A stretch of 64,000 nt of DNA from an uncultured Thermoleophilia bacterium (GTDB lineage: Bacteria > Actinomycetota > Thermoleophilia > UBA2241), in the NCBI GenBank assembly GCA_963831295.1, contig CAWHPR010000002.1, forward strand, positions 162,011 through 226,010. Reading direction: 5' to 3'. Each line of letters starts with the position of its first letter. The first letter of the stretch is position 1. The position numbers and the translations under genes are program-made. The notes under the pieces are model-generated. The model was not told the DNA's origin, ran no database searches, and worked only from the letters and a program-made list of their open reading frames with translations. This document shows, in pieces, positions 1-11,722 of this stretch.

Positions 1-842
1 TCGGCGGCCATGACGGCGAGGGCGGCGTTGTCGACCTGGTAGAGGGCCGGAGTCGGGAGGCTGAGGCTTGCGTAAGCCGCCTCAGCCGTCTCCACGGTGA
101 ATTCGTGAGGTACGCCCGCGACCGAGAAATCGCGACCGAGGAACCAGGGCCTCGCCTGCGCACGGGCGCACATCTTCTCGGCCGCCGGCTCGAGCCCCTC
201 GAGGCGGCCGAACACGGCATCGCCGCCCTTGATGACGGCCGCCTTCTCGGCGAAGATCGCGGCTCGCGTCGCGCCGAGCACCTCCGTGTGCTCGAGCCCG
301 ATGGTGGTGAGCACCACGACCGCCGAGTCGACGACGTTGGTGGCGTCGAGGCGGCCGCCCAGACCGGCCTCGAGCGCGACCGCCTCGACGCCCTCCTCGG
401 CGAGCGCCAGCAGCGCGGCCACGGTGAGCACCTCGAACTGCGTCGTGTCTCCGAGCGCGACAGGCAGCCCGGCGACGGCATGCCGAACGGTCTCGACGGC
501 GGCGCCGAAGCGCTTCTCGCTCACCGGCCGGCCCTCGATCAGGACCCGCTCGCAGAACCCGACCAGGTGTGGCGAGAGGTAGGCGCCGGCGCGCAGGTCG
601 TGGGCGCTCAGCAGCGCCGCGACATAGCGCGTCGTCGACGACTTGCCGTTGGTGCCGACGACGTGGACGACCCTGTAGGCGTCCTGCGGCCGGCCGAGGC
701 CGTCGAGCAGGGCGCCGACGCGCTCGAGCCCGGGGCGCATACCGAAGGCGGCGAGCGACTCGAGGTACTTCTCCCAGCTCGCCGACACCCTCTGCTCCCC
801 GAGGGCCTCCCGTGGGCCCGGTGTCGGGATCGTCTGACTCAC
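1..842 (-). CDS. folC: Folylpolyglutamate synthase/dihydrofolate synthase (3' end runs off the window)
   Basis: Manual minus-strand translation gives FGMRPGLERV...HVVGTNGKSSTT...YLSPHL. GTG at 842 overlaps the valS stop (GTGA); an alternative GTG lies at 788. valS-folC synteny is typical. Confidence 0.93.
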   Translation of the reverse strand, partial: MSQTIPTPGPREALGEQRVSASWEKYLESLAAFGMRPGLERVGALLDGLGRPQDAYRVVHVVGTNGKSSTTRYVAALLSAHDLRAGAYLSPHLVGFCERVLIEGRPVSEKRFGAAVETVRHAVAGLPVALGDTTQFEVLTVAALLALAEEGVEAVALEAGLGGRLDATNVVDSAVVVLTTIGLEHTEVLGATRAAIFAEKAAVIKGGDAVFGRLEGLEPAAEKMCARAQARPWFLGRDFSVAGVPHEFTVETAEAAYASLSLPTPALYQVDNAALAVMAA

Positions 843-3502
843 GCCCCGCGCAGTCCGGCGAGGCGGCCGGCCACGTCGTCGCGCTCGCGCCGGTGGTCGG
901 CCAGCTTCGCGCGCTCCTTGTCGACGACCGCCGCCGGCGCCCTCTCGACGAACGCCGCGTTGTCCAGCTTGGCCTCGGAGCGGGTCACCTCGGCGTCGAG
1001 CTTGGCCAAGAGGCCGGCGAGACGCGCCGCCTCCTCCGCAGGATCGACCGTCGCGGCCACCGCCAGGCGCCCTCCGGGCACCGGCACGACGTTCTCGCCG
1101 TGGTCGTGCCCGCCCGCTCCGTCGACGCCGCCAGCCCCGCCGGCGCCGCGTGCGCCGCCGAGCTCGACCTTGGCCAGCGCCCTGAAGGCCGTCGCGAAGC
1201 GCGTGTACCAGCCGTCGGCTCCGGGCTCGTCGGCCTCAAAGCGCGCGCTCAGCACCTGCCCCGCCGCGACGCCGCTCTCCGCGCGGAAGACGCGGACGGC
1301 GTTGACGGCCGCCTGCACACGCGCGACGGCGGCCTCGTCGGAGGGAGCCAGCAGCGCGTCGTCGCGTCTCGGATGCTCACCCGCCAGCAGCGGCGCGGCG
1401 CCGTACTGGGCCGCGATCTCCTCGGTGACGTACGGCATGAAGGGATGGAGCAGGTGCACGATGCGGTCCAGCACCCAGCGCGCGTGGCCGGCGGCGGCGC
1501 GGCGCTCGCCCTCGTCGTCGCCGTAGAGCCGCGGCTTGACCATCTCGAGGTACCAGTCGCAGAACTCGTCCCAGACGAAGTGGTAGAGCAGGTCGACCGC
1601 TCTCGCGAAGTCGTACTCGGAGACCGCCTCTTCGACGGCGGCAAGGCAGCGTTGCAGGCGGCTCACGATCCAGCGGTCGACCTCATGCGCGTCGGAGCGC
1701 TCGGCCGCCTCCCCTTCGCTGGCCAGGAGGACCAGACGCGCGGCGTTCCAGAGCTTGTTGGCGAAGCTGCGGCCCATCGCGATCTTCTCCTCGGAGAAGC
1801 GCACGTCCTGCGTGCTCGACATGACGAGCAGGCCGAAGCGGCTGGCGTCGGCGCCGTACTTGTCGATCATCTCGAGCGGGTCGATGCCGGTGCCGAGCGA
1901 CTTACTCATCCGGCGCCCGTCGGGCGCCTGGATCACCGAGTGGATATAGACATCATGGAAGGGGATGTCGCCCACGAACTCGAGGCCCATCATCACCATG
2001 CGCGCGACCCACAGGAAGATGATCTCACGCGCCGTGCTGAGGACGCCGGTCGGGTAGAAGCAGTCAAGATCGGACGTCTCGTCGGGCCAGCCCCAGGTCG
2101 CGAACGGCCAGAGCGCCGAGCTGAACCAGGTGTCGAGCACGTCGGTGTCGCGCCGCAGGGTCCGCCCGCCGCAGGCGGGGCACGCCTGCGGCGCCTCCTC
2201 CTCGACGATCACCTCGCCGCAACCGTCGGCCTCGCAGTACCACACGGGCAGCTGGTGACCCCACCAGAGCTGGCGGCTGATGCACCACGGCCGCAGGTTC
2301 TCCATCCAGTCGATGTAGACCCGGCCCCAGCGCTCGGGCACGAAACGGACTCTGCCGTCGCGCACGACGTCGGTGGCCGGACGCCGCAGCTCGTCCATGT
2401 CCATGAACCACTGCTCGCTGATGAGGGGCTCGATGAACGTGCCGCAGCGGTCGCAGCTCGCCACGCTGTGCGGGAAGTCCTCGACCTTCTCGAGAACGCC
2501 GAGCGCCTCGAGGTCGGCGACCACGCGCTTGCGCGCCTCGAGGATCTCGAGCCCGGCGTACGGTCCGCCGGCCTCGGTGATGACGCCCGCGGTGCCGATC
2601 GCCTGGACGACGTCGAGCTTGTGGTCGCGGCCGATCTCGAAGTCGGTGATGTCGTGTGCCGGCGTGATCTTGAGGGCGCCGGTGCCGAACTCCCTCTCGA
2701 CGCGGGCGTCGGCGATCACGGGCAGGCGCCGCCCGAGGAGCGGCAGGACGGCCGTGCGACCGATGATGTCCGCGTAGCGGGCGTCGTCGGGGTTCACGGC
2801 CACCGCCGTGTCGCCGAGCATCGTCTCGGGACGGGTCGTCGCGATGGTGACGCTGCCTCCGCCCTCGAGCTCGTAGCGCACGTGGTAGAGGCGCCCCGGG
2901 TCCTCCACGTGCGCGACCTCGAGGTCGCTGATCGCCGTGCCGCAGCGCGGACACCAGTTCACGAGGTAGGAGTCCTTGTAGATGTAGCCCTTCTTGTGGA
3001 GGGCGACGAAGACCTTGACGACGGCGCGCACGTAGCCCTCGTCGAAGGTGAAGCGCTCACGCTCGTAGTCGCAGCCGCAGCCGAGCCGCTTGAGCTGGTT
3101 GATGATGTTGCCGCCGTACTCCCGGCGCCACGCCCAGACGCGCTCGGCGAACTCCTCGCGCCCCAGGTCCTCCTTGGTGAGACCCTCGGCGCGGAGCCGC
3201 TTCTCGACCACGTTCTGCGTGGCGATGCCGGCGTGGTCGGTGCCCGGGAGCCAGCAGGCGTTCTCGCCCAGCATGCGGTGATAGCGGATGAGCACGTCCT
3301 GGATGGTGCCGTTGAGGGCGTGCCCCATATGGAGGTTGCCGGTGACGTTCGGCGGAGGGATGACGATGGAGTACGACGGGCGAGAAGGGTCAGCCTCGGC
3401 GTGGAAGAGGTGCGCGTCGAGCCACTCCGCCGTCCAGCGCGCCTCGACCGCGGCCGGCTCGAAGCGGGTGGTCTCCTTCAGGTACGTCTGTGCGTCGCTC
3501 AT
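839..3502 (-). CDS. valS: Valyl-tRNA synthetase
   Basis: PPPNVTGNLHMGH (HIGH), RMSKS (KMSKS-like), WCISRQLWWGH and C-terminal coiled coil. Start taken at MSDAQTYL. Confidence 0.98.
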   Translation of the reverse strand: MSDAQTYLKETTRFEPAAVEARWTAEWLDAHLFHAEADPSRPSYSIVIPPPNVTGNLHMGHALNGTIQDVLIRYHRMLGENACWLPGTDHAGIATQNVVEKRLRAEGLTKEDLGREEFAERVWAWRREYGGNIINQLKRLGCGCDYERERFTFDEGYVRAVVKVFVALHKKGYIYKDSYLVNWCPRCGTAISDLEVAHVEDPGRLYHVRYELEGGGSVTIATTRPETMLGDTAVAVNPDDARYADIIGRTAVLPLLGRRLPVIADARVEREFGTGALKITPAHDITDFEIGRDHKLDVVQAIGTAGVITEAGGPYAGLEILEARKRVVADLEALGVLEKVEDFPHSVASCDRCGTFIEPLISEQWFMDMDELRRPATDVVRDGRVRFVPERWGRVYIDWMENLRPWCISRQLWWGHQLPVWYCEADGCGEVIVEEEAPQACPACGGRTLRRDTDVLDTWFSSALWPFATWGWPDETSDLDCFYPTGVLSTAREIIFLWVARMVMMGLEFVGDIPFHDVYIHSVIQAPDGRRMSKSLGTGIDPLEMIDKYGADASRFGLLVMSSTQDVRFSEEKIAMGRSFANKLWNAARLVLLASEGEAAERSDAHEVDRWIVSRLQRCLAAVEEAVSEYDFARAVDLLYHFVWDEFCDWYLEMVKPRLYGDDEGERRAAAGHARWVLDRIVHLLHPFMPYVTEEIAAQYGAAPLLAGEHPRRDDALLAPSDEAAVARVQAAVNAVRVFRAESGVAAGQVLSARFEADEPGADGWYTRFATAFRALAKVELGGARGAGGAGGVDGAGGHDHGENVVPVPGGRLAVAATVDPAEEAARLAGLLAKLDAEVTRSEAKLDNAAFVERAPAAVVDKERAKLADHRRERDDVAGRLAGLRGA

Positions 3503-3655
3503 CGGACCTCGACAGTGGCACGTGATCGCCAATTCGCGCCGGCGCCGGCCGGCGCGCGAGGCGGCGCGGCACGAACGACCGCAGGCGCGCCGCCGCCCGC
3601 TGCGGCCTCGCGACAGTATAGCGGGAAGTCGCGGCCGGCTCTCAGCCGGCCGGTG

Positions 3656-4927
<1,272 letters not shown>

Positions 4928-4968
4928 GTCGTCTCCTCTCGACTTGTGCACGGCGAGCGACGCCCCCT

Positions 4969-5559
<591 letters not shown>

Positions 5560-5609
5560 CCTCTCTCCACGGCGCCCTTCGCGCCGTCCGTGGTCACTGT
5601 CGGGCCGGC

Positions 5610-6980
5610 TCATTCGCCCTCGGGCTCGCCGGCCGGCTCCTCCGCCTCGGCCGCCTCGGCGCCTTCGGTCTCGCCGGCCTCGTCCTCCAACGGGACCGGC
5701 ACGGCGCTCTCGGCCACGAGGTCTATCGCTTTCGCCATTAGGAGTTCTTCGCGCAGTTGCTCATGCCTGCCCGACTTCTGGACCTCGAGAACCAGCTGGC
5801 TCGCGTCACGACCGAGGATCTCGGCGTCGGCCTTGATGCGCTCGCGCACCTCATCGTCGGTGGCCTCGAGACCCTCGGCCTCGATGATGGCCTCGATGAC
5901 GAGACGCCGCTTGATCACGTGCTCCGCCCGCGGGCGTAGCTCCTCCTCGACCTCTTCCTTCGTCTTCTCCAGCACGGTGAGGTAGGACTCCATCGTGAGA
6001 CCGCGCTCGCCGATCTCCTCCTCGAGGTCGTGGAAGAGACGGTGCGCCTGCTCGTCGATCATGGCCGGCGGCACGGAGACGGTCGTGCGCTCGACGGCGG
6101 CGTCGAGGGCGCGCGCGCGGAACTCCTGCTCGGCCGCCGACGCGGCGGCCGTCTCGAGGCGCGTGCGCACGTCGGCCCGCAGCTCCGCGATGGTCGCGAA
6201 CTCGCTGGCCGCGGTCGCGAACTGGTCGTCCAGCTCGGGGACGACCTTCTCCTTGATCTCCTTGACGGTGATGTCGAAGGTCGCCGGCACGCCCTGCAGT
6301 TCCTCGGCGTGGTAGTCGTCGGGGAAGGTGACGTCGAAGCTCTTCTCCTCGCCGAGGGCAACGCCCTCGAGCGCCTCCTCGAACCCCGGGATCATGTTGC
6401 CGCGCCCGATCTGCGCCATGTAGTCGGTGGCCTGAGCGCCCTCGATCGGTTCTCCGCCAGACGATCCGGCGAGGTCCATCAGCACGAAGTCGCCCTGCCG
6501 CACCGGCCGGTCCTCGACCGGCTGCAGGTTGGCGAGACGCTCCTGCAGCATGGCGAGCTGCGCGTCGACCTGGCCGTCGGTGACCTCGATGGTCCGCTGC
6601 GGGACCTCGAGGCCTCTGTACTCGCCGAGCACCGGCGTCGGCCTGACCTGCACGGTGGCCTTGAACAAGAACGGCGCCTCCTGCGCAAAGTCGCCGAGGT
6701 CGAGGTCGGGCATCGAGACCGCGTCGACGGCGGCCTCCTTCAAGGCGGCCTCATACCACTCGGGCAGCGCGTCGTTGAGCGTCTCGCTGCGGACGTAGTC
6801 CTCGCCCAGCCGGCTGACCGCCATGTCACGCGGCACCTTGCCCTTGCGGAACCCCGGGATCTGGATCTCACGGGCGAGGCGCGTCAGGGTGCGCTCGTAC
6901 ATGCGCGCGACGGCCTCCTTCGGCACCTCGACGCTGAGGAGGACCTCGTTCTCGGCGGCCGTGCTGACCTCTGTCTTCAC
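5610..6980 (-). CDS. tig: Trigger factor
   Basis: [10 protein letters not shown] ribosome-binding motif, FKBP domain (MIPGFEE...FPDDYH); tig-clpP-clpX order. Confidence 0.97.
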   Translation of the reverse strand: MKTEVSTAAENEVLLSVEVPKEAVARMYERTLTRLAREIQIPGFRKGKVPRDMAVSRLGEDYVRSETLNDALPEWYEAALKEAAVDAVSMPDLDLGDFAQEAPFLFKATVQVRPTPVLGEYRGLEVPQRTIEVTDGQVDAQLAMLQERLANLQPVEDRPVRQGDFVLMDLAGSSGGEPIEGAQATDYMAQIGRGNMIPGFEEALEGVALGEEKSFDVTFPDDYHAEELQGVPATFDITVKEIKEKVVPELDDQFATAASEFATIAELRADVRTRLETAAASAAEQEFRARALDAAVERTTVSVPPAMIDEQAHRLFHDLEEEIGERGLTMESYLTVLEKTKEEVEEELRPRAEHVIKRRLVIEAIIEAEGLEATDDEVRERIKADAEILGRDASQLVLEVQKSGRHEQLREELLMAKAIDLVAESAVPVPLEDEAGETEGAEAAEAEEPAGEPEGE

Positions 6981-7085
6981 TCGCGCCTCTCCATTGTTCG
7001 ATGTGTCGTGTCGTGTCCCGGCATCTCAACAGGCCACGGCACGACCCCTTCTGGACGGGCCGCCGAAGGCGGCCCCGGATGGCAG

Positions 7086-7171
7086 TGGTGCGGGTGAGAG
7101 GACTTGAACCTCCACGGGCAACGCCCACCAGATCCTAAGTCTAGCGCGTCTACCAGTTCCGCCACACCCGC
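7086..7171 (-). tRNA. tRNA-Leu (anticodon TAG)
   Basis: GCGGGTG acceptor stem, CTAGA-CTTAGGA-TCTGG anticodon arm, long variable arm, GGTTCAAGTCC, encoded CCA. Confidence 0.96.
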
Positions 7172-7201
7172 AGACGTTGTGCCTGCATCAAGGGGGGTTC
7201 T

Positions 7202-7278
7202 TGGGGTGAAGGACGGGATTCGAACCCGCGACCACCAGGGCCACAACCTGGAGCTCTACCGACTGAGCTACCTCCACC
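7202..7278 (-). tRNA. tRNA-His (anticodon GTG)
   Basis: 8-bp acceptor stem with G-1, CCAGG-TTGTGGC-CCTGG anticodon arm, GGTTCGAATCC, CCA. Confidence 0.96.
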
Positions 7279-7403
7279 ACCGGCCGCCGTGCGTCAGGCG
7301 GCAAGAAAGGATACCACCTCGCCCGGCGACCGTCACACACGCGCACGGGGCGTCGGAGCGCGTCCCGCGGCACAGTCGGCCAGCCGCAGTGTGGAGGATG
7401 AGC

Positions 7404-7480
7404 TGGCGCGCCCGGCTGGATTCGAACCAGCGACCGTCGGATTAGAAGTCCGATGCTCTGTCCAGCTGAGCTACGGGCGC
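7404..7480 (-). tRNA. tRNA-Arg (anticodon TCT)
   Basis: GCGCCCG acceptor stem, TCGGA-CTTCTAA-TCCGA anticodon arm, GGTTCGAATCC, CCA. Confidence 0.96.
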
Positions 7481-7522
7481 CCTGAGCGCTACGTCACGCC
7501 GAAGTGACCTGCCGGGAAGAAG

Positions 7523-7599
7523 TGGAGCGGGAGACGGGTTTCGAACCCGCGACCCTCAGCTTGGAAGGCTGATGCTCTAGCCAACTGAGCTACTCCCGC
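7523..7599 (-). tRNA. tRNA-Gly (anticodon TCC)
   Basis: GCGGGAG acceptor stem, TCAGC-CTTCCAA-GCTGA anticodon arm, GGTTCGAAACC, CCA. Confidence 0.96.
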
Positions 7600-7613
7600 T
7601 CGCTGGGTGGTGC

Positions 7614-7690
7614 TGGTCGGGACGGGCGGATTCGAACCGCCGACCCCCTGCTCCCAAAGCAGGTGCGCTACCAGGCTGCGCCACGTCCCG
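7614..7690 (-). tRNA. tRNA-Pro (anticodon TGG)
   Basis: CGGGACG acceptor stem, CCTGC-TTTGGGA-GCAGG anticodon arm, GGTTCGAATCC, CCA. A -10 TATACT lies at 7701-7706 upstream. Confidence 0.96.
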
Positions 7691-7735
7691 GCGCCGGCTG
7701 AGTATACCCCAGCCGTCGCAGGAGGCCGGCACGTC

Positions 7736-8725
7736 GTGCAGAACCCCAAGACCGTGACCATCACGATGACAGCCTTCGTCGACGGCCAGGCCCAGGCGCC
7801 CGAAGTCGCCGAGGCCGGCTTCGCGCGCACGCCGCGCGCCGCCGGCGAGGTCCTGTGGCTCGACGTGGAGCAGCCCACCGAAGACGAGCTGCTCCTGCTC
7901 CAAGCGGAGCTGACGCTCCCGGCGCTCGCCGTCGACGAAGTGCGCGCAGCGCATCAGCGGCCGAAGGTCAACCAGTACGAGGACTGCGTGCTCATCGTGC
8001 ACTACGCCGCCAGGTACGCTCCCTGCGACGAATCGCTCTCGTTCTCTGAGATCGACCTGTTCGTCGGGCGCGACTACATGCTGACGGTGCGGCCGCGCCC
8101 CGCGTTTGACGGCGCGGCCCTCCGCACAGACCTCACGGCGACCGGAGGCCGGCCCCTGCGCAACAGCAGCGCCCTCGCCTACGCCGTGCTCGACCACGTC
8201 GTCGGCGCCTACTTCGACGTGAGCGAGGAGATCGAGGCGCGCATCGAGACGATCGACGAGCGGGTCTGGGACGGTCTGACGAGCGACGACCTCGCCCGCG
8301 CCTTCGCCCTGCGACGCGACCTCGTGCGCTTCAGGCGGGTCATCGCGCCGCTGCGCGAGCTCTTGACGATCGTCGTCCGCCGCGAGCGCGGCGTCTTCGA
8401 CGACACCATGGACCAGCACCTCCGCGACCTCTACGACCACGTGGTCACCGTGCACGAAGAGATCGAGATGAGCCGCGACCTGTTGGCGAGCGCCCTGGAC
8501 GGTCATCTCTCGGTCGTGTCCAACAAGATGAACGAGACCGTGCTCAAGGTGAGCGCCTGGGCCGCCATCATCGCGGTGCCCACCGTGATCGCGAGCATCT
8601 ACGGCATGAACTTCGTGGACATGCCCGAGCTCCAGTGGAGCGCCGGCTACCCCGGCGCTCTCACCCTCATGGCTGCCGCTGCAGTCGCCTTGTATGCCGT
8701 GTTCAAGCGGCGCGGCTGGCTGTAA
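7736..8725 (+). CDS. corA: CorA-family Mg2+/Co2+ transporter
   Basis: HQRPKV, LRDLYDH and the YGMNF signature followed by MPEL. GGAGG at 7721-7725 precedes the GTG; an alternative ATG lies at 7766. Confidence 0.92.
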   Translation: MQNPKTVTITMTAFVDGQAQAPEVAEAGFARTPRAAGEVLWLDVEQPTEDELLLLQAELTLPALAVDEVRAAHQRPKVNQYEDCVLIVHYAARYAPCDESLSFSEIDLFVGRDYMLTVRPRPAFDGAALRTDLTATGGRPLRNSSALAYAVLDHVVGAYFDVSEEIEARIETIDERVWDGLTSDDLARAFALRRDLVRFRRVIAPLRELLTIVVRRERGVFDDTMDQHLRDLYDHVVTVHEEIEMSRDLLASALDGHLSVVSNKMNETVLKVSAWAAIIAVPTVIASIYGMNFVDMPELQWSAGYPGALTLMAAAAVALYAVFKRRGWL

Positions 8726-8728
8726 CGG

Positions 8729-9085
8729 TCAGAGACTGCTCTCGACGGGCAGCATCAGCTCGTCGCCCGGCTGCAAGTCGCCGGCGCAGACGCCGTTGAG
8801 ACGCTCGATCTCGTAGACCGCCCGGCGCAGATCGGTGTCGGCGCCGTACGTGCGCTCGGCGATGCCCCAGACCGTGTCGCCGGCTCGCGCCTCGTAGGCG
8901 ACGGGCTGCGCCGAGCCGGAGGCCTTGGTCACCCAGACCCCGAGGCAGATGATCAAGGCGACCACGAGGATGAGGACCGTGAGGCGCACGAGGCCGCGCC
9001 GCCGCGCGCGTCGCGCAGCGCGGCCCGGACGGCGCCGCGCCTCGGGGTGCAGGACGCGGACCTGCGACCGGGCGGAGCCCATCAC
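8729..9085 (-). CDS. Single-TM LysM-domain protein (YneA/ChiZ-like SOS cell-division inhibitor candidate)
   Basis: Basic N-terminus, hydrophobic helix, LysM motif YEARAGDTVWGIA...IERLN...LQPGDELMLP. Confidence 0.85.
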   Translation of the reverse strand: MMGSARSQVRVLHPEARRRPGRAARRARRRGLVRLTVLILVVALIICLGVWVTKASGSAQPVAYEARAGDTVWGIAERTYGADTDLRRAVYEIERLNGVCAGDLQPGDELMLPVESSL

Positions 9086-9309
9086 CGGACCTCAGCCGGG
9101 CGGCGAGCGCGTACGCCCTCGAGCTCGCTGCCGCAGTCGGCACAGCGCACGACGACGCGACCGGTGAAGCGGTCGGCGAGCACGCGGCTCGCCGGCCCGC
9201 CACACCAGAGGCACGTCGTGGTCTCGTCGTCGAAGACGGCGGCGAGCGCCTCGTCGACGACGTCGGCGAGCGTCGGTTCCTGCGCGATCGCGGCGGACGA
9301 CAGGCTCAT
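9082..9309 (-). CDS. Small 75-aa zinc-ribbon protein of unknown function
   Basis: CLWCGG...CADCGSEL. ATG overlaps the lexA stop (ATGA) and its stop overlaps the LysM start (GTGA). Confidence 0.75.
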   Translation of the reverse strand: MSLSSAAIAQEPTLADVVDEALAAVFDDETTTCLWCGGPASRVLADRFTGRVVVRCADCGSELEGVRARRPAEVR

Positions 9310-9905
9310 AGCTTGCGCAACACCCCCACGACCCGACCGAGGAGCTGGACTTCGTCGGCCGCGAGCACGATCGGGTCGTAGAGATCGTTCTCCGGCTGCA
9401 GGCGCACCTTGGGCCCCTCGTGGAAGAAACGCTTGGTCGTGGCCTCGTCGCCGACGAGCGCCACCACGACCTCGCCGTTGTCGGCATGGCGCTGCGGGTG
9501 GACCACGATGTAGTCGCCGCTGAAGATGCCGGCGCCGGTCATGGAATCGCCACTCACCGCGAGCACGAAGTCGCCGTCGTCGCGCCGCAAGAAGGCTGGG
9601 ACGTCGATGTGGTCCTCGATGTTCTCCTCGGCGAGCAGCGGCACGCCGGCGGCGACGCGACCGACCAGCGGCAGCGGGCGCGACGGGCGGAGCGCACGCG
9701 CTACCTCGAGCGCACGAGGCTTGCTCGGATCGCGCTTGATGAACCCGAGGCGCTCGAGGTTGGCGAGATGTGCATGCACCGTCGATGGCGATGACAACTG
9801 GAGGGCACCGCAGATCTCGCGCACCGTCGGCGGGTAGCCGTTTTCGCGCAAGCACTCGCGGATGTACTCGAGGACCTGCTCCTGACGCGCTGTGAGACCC
9901 TTCAC
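9306..9905 (-). CDS. lexA: SOS repressor LexA
   Basis: GYPPTVREI HTH, VAAG cleavage site, GDSM serine and ATTK lysine. AAGGAGG RBS precedes the GTG at 9905. Confidence 0.98.
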   Translation of the reverse strand: MKGLTARQEQVLEYIRECLRENGYPPTVREICGALQLSSPSTVHAHLANLERLGFIKRDPSKPRALEVARALRPSRPLPLVGRVAAGVPLLAEENIEDHIDVPAFLRRDDGDFVLAVSGDSMTGAGIFSGDYIVVHPQRHADNGEVVVALVGDEATTKRFFHEGPKVRLQPENDLYDPIVLAADEVQLLGRVVGVLRKL

Positions 9906-9920
9906 CCTGCCTCCTTGAGT

Positions 9921-9968
9921 CGAACACGTGTTCGTGTACAGCCTAGAGTGAACGTGTGTTCGTGTCAA
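9921..9968 (-). promoter_or_regulatory. lexA promoter with two SOS boxes
   Basis: CGAAC-ACGT-GTTCG at 9921-9934 and GAAC-GTGT-GTTCG at 9950-9962. Minus-strand promoter is TTGACA (9968-9963), 17 nt, TAGGCT (9945-9940). Confidence 0.92.
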
Positions 9969-10058
9969 TGAGCATGATAGGGGCGGGCGGTGACGGAAAA
10001 GCGGACCACGACCGGCGCCGCCCTCACTGGTGCCAGCGCTCGCGGGGCTCAGCGGCGG

Positions 10059-10748
10059 TCAGGCGGGGTAGTCCGCGGGGTCCTCGGCCGCCGTCTCGTC
10101 GGCGGCGATCTCGTGACAGAAGCGCAGCGTCTCTCCCCCGTCCTCCGTCGTGAGCACGGCGTAGAGCCGGCGCAGTTCGGCGACGGGTTCCGGATGGTCG
10201 TCCACGCGCAGGTCGACGAAGGGGACGACGGTGCGGTGCGCCACGACCACAGCGGCCGACTGCCGCCCGCGCCGGTCGCCGCCGGCCGCCTGACCGGCCT
10301 CGAGGGCAGCGATCAGGCGGTCGGCGAGATCGTGCTCCCCGCCGGAGGCGAGGAACGCCGCCTCCATCGCGGCGACCGTCTCCTCGGAGACGAGGAGGTT
10401 GCCGGCGACCGCGTAGTCCTCCCCGCACCGGTCGCCGCACCAGGGGTCGGCCTTCGCCCCGGTGTACGTCGCCGTGCGGCCGTCGGCGTCGACCACGGCC
10501 AGCTGGCGGTAGGCGGCGCAGGCGTCGGCGGCGAGAGCCTCCTCCAGGGCCGCGGGGGCAGCGAGGCCTTCCTCGAGCAGCGTCAGTGCGACAGGGCCGA
10601 GAAAGGGGTTCACCCAGGCCTGGGTGGCCACAGCGCCGACGCCGGCCCGCACCCAGGGGCAGATCGCGCCCACTGCGAGCACCTTCGAGGAGACGGCCAT
10701 CCCCAGCATGCCGGTCGAACGGTCGCGGGCGACGATGGAGAACGTCAT
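10059..10748 (-). CDS. DUF1028 family (Ntn-hydrolase-like) protein
   Basis: MTFSIVARD...AVGAICPWVRAGVGAVATQA...AGGDRRGRQSAA...DLRVDDHPEP. Start overlaps the ftcD stop. Confidence 0.9.
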   Translation of the reverse strand: MTFSIVARDRSTGMLGMAVSSKVLAVGAICPWVRAGVGAVATQAWVNPFLGPVALTLLEEGLAAPAALEEALAADACAAYRQLAVVDADGRTATYTGAKADPWCGDRCGEDYAVAGNLLVSEETVAAMEAAFLASGGEHDLADRLIAALEAGQAAGGDRRGRQSAAVVVAHRTVVPFVDLRVDDHPEPVAELRRLYAVLTTEDGGETLRFCHEIAADETAAEDPADYPA

Positions 10749-11722
10749 CGGAGACCTCCCGCACGGTGTCCCGTGGGGCCGTGCGCGGCGTCTGCGGCGT
10801 CGGCGGCGTCGGCGGCGTCGGCGGCAAGAACGAGGTCGAGGATGCGCGACTCGAGCACCTGCGCCTGAGAGAGGCCGGTCGCGCGCAGCGCCTCGCGGGC
10901 GATCCCCACCAGCGCCGCCTCGGGGAGCAGGCCGACGACCTCGCTGCGGCGCACGGCGACGCCGGCGGCGCGCGCCCGCGACTCGACCGCCGCGTACGCG
11001 GCCGACATCGAGGTCACACCGTGGTCGGTGAGGTTCATCGACACCTGCACGCAGTCGTCGAGGGCGAGGCCGATGGCCTTGACGCACGGCAGGCCGCCGT
11101 CGCGCTCGCGGACGGCCGTCGCGATGGCCTTGGCCAGCGCGAGGTCCTCGCTCTCGAGGTCCACGTTGTAGGCGACGAGCGCGGCGCGGGCGCCGACGGC
11201 GACCGCGCCGGCCGTCGGATGGACCCGGCGCGGGCCTTCGTCGGGGGCCCGCGCCGGCTCCCGCCCGATCGCCTCGCGCAGACCCTCGAAGCCGCCCTCG
11301 CGGACGACGGCCAAATCGCGGCGCTCCTCACTGCGCGCGGCTTCTTCGTAGAAGTACACGGGGATGTCGAGCTCGGCGGCGACACGCATCCCGAGGGCGT
11401 GCGCCAGAGCCACGCAGCACTCCATGTCGCCCTCTTTGAGGGGGACGAACGGCACCACGTCGGCGGCGCCGAAACGGGGATGGGCGCCCTCGTGGGCATT
11501 GAGGTCGATGAGACGGGCGGCCGCCGCGACGGCGCCGAAGGCGGCCTCGACGGCCGCCTCCGCGGGCCCCGCGAAGGTGATCACCGAACGGTTGTGCGTG
11601 GCGTCGCTCTGGCGGTCGAGCACACCGACCCCTTCGACCGCCGCGATCGCGGCGACGATCTCGTCGACGACCTCGGGGCGGCGCCCCTCGGAGAAGTTGG
11701 GCACGCACTCGACGACGGTCAC
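10745..11722 (-). CDS. ftcD: Glutamate formimidoyltransferase (no cyclodeaminase domain)
   Basis: VECVPNFSEGRR, HNRSVIT, HPRFGAADVVPFVP, VQVSMNL. GTGA overlap with the hutI stop. Confidence 0.95.
   Translation of the reverse strand: MTVVECVPNFSEGRRPEVVDEIVAAIAAVEGVGVLDRQSDATHNRSVITFAGPAEAAVEAAFGAVAAAARLIDLNAHEGAHPRFGAADVVPFVPLKEGDMECCVALAHALGMRVAAELDIPVYFYEEAARSEERRDLAVVREGGFEGLREAIGREPARAPDEGPRRVHPTAGAVAVGARAALVAYNVDLESEDLALAKAIATAVRERDGGLPCVKAIGLALDDCVQVSMNLTDHGVTSMSAAYAAVESRARAAGVAVRRSEVVGLLPEAALVGIAREALRATGLSQAQVLESRILDLVLAADAADAADAADAAHGPTGHRAGGLR

Noticed and set aside
3503-3655. T-box leader before valS
   Set aside because: The leader is only ~110 nt after a TATACT -10 and has no GGTGGNACCGCG T-box motif.
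7086-7690. tRNA cluster as an integration site for an island or prophage
   Set aside because: No integrase or duplicated tRNA 3' end was seen; the flanks are housekeeping genes (tig, corA).
10790-10825. 9-bp repeat encoding ADAADAADAADAA at the FtcD C-terminus
   Set aside because: Low-complexity tail from replication slippage, with no evidence of function.
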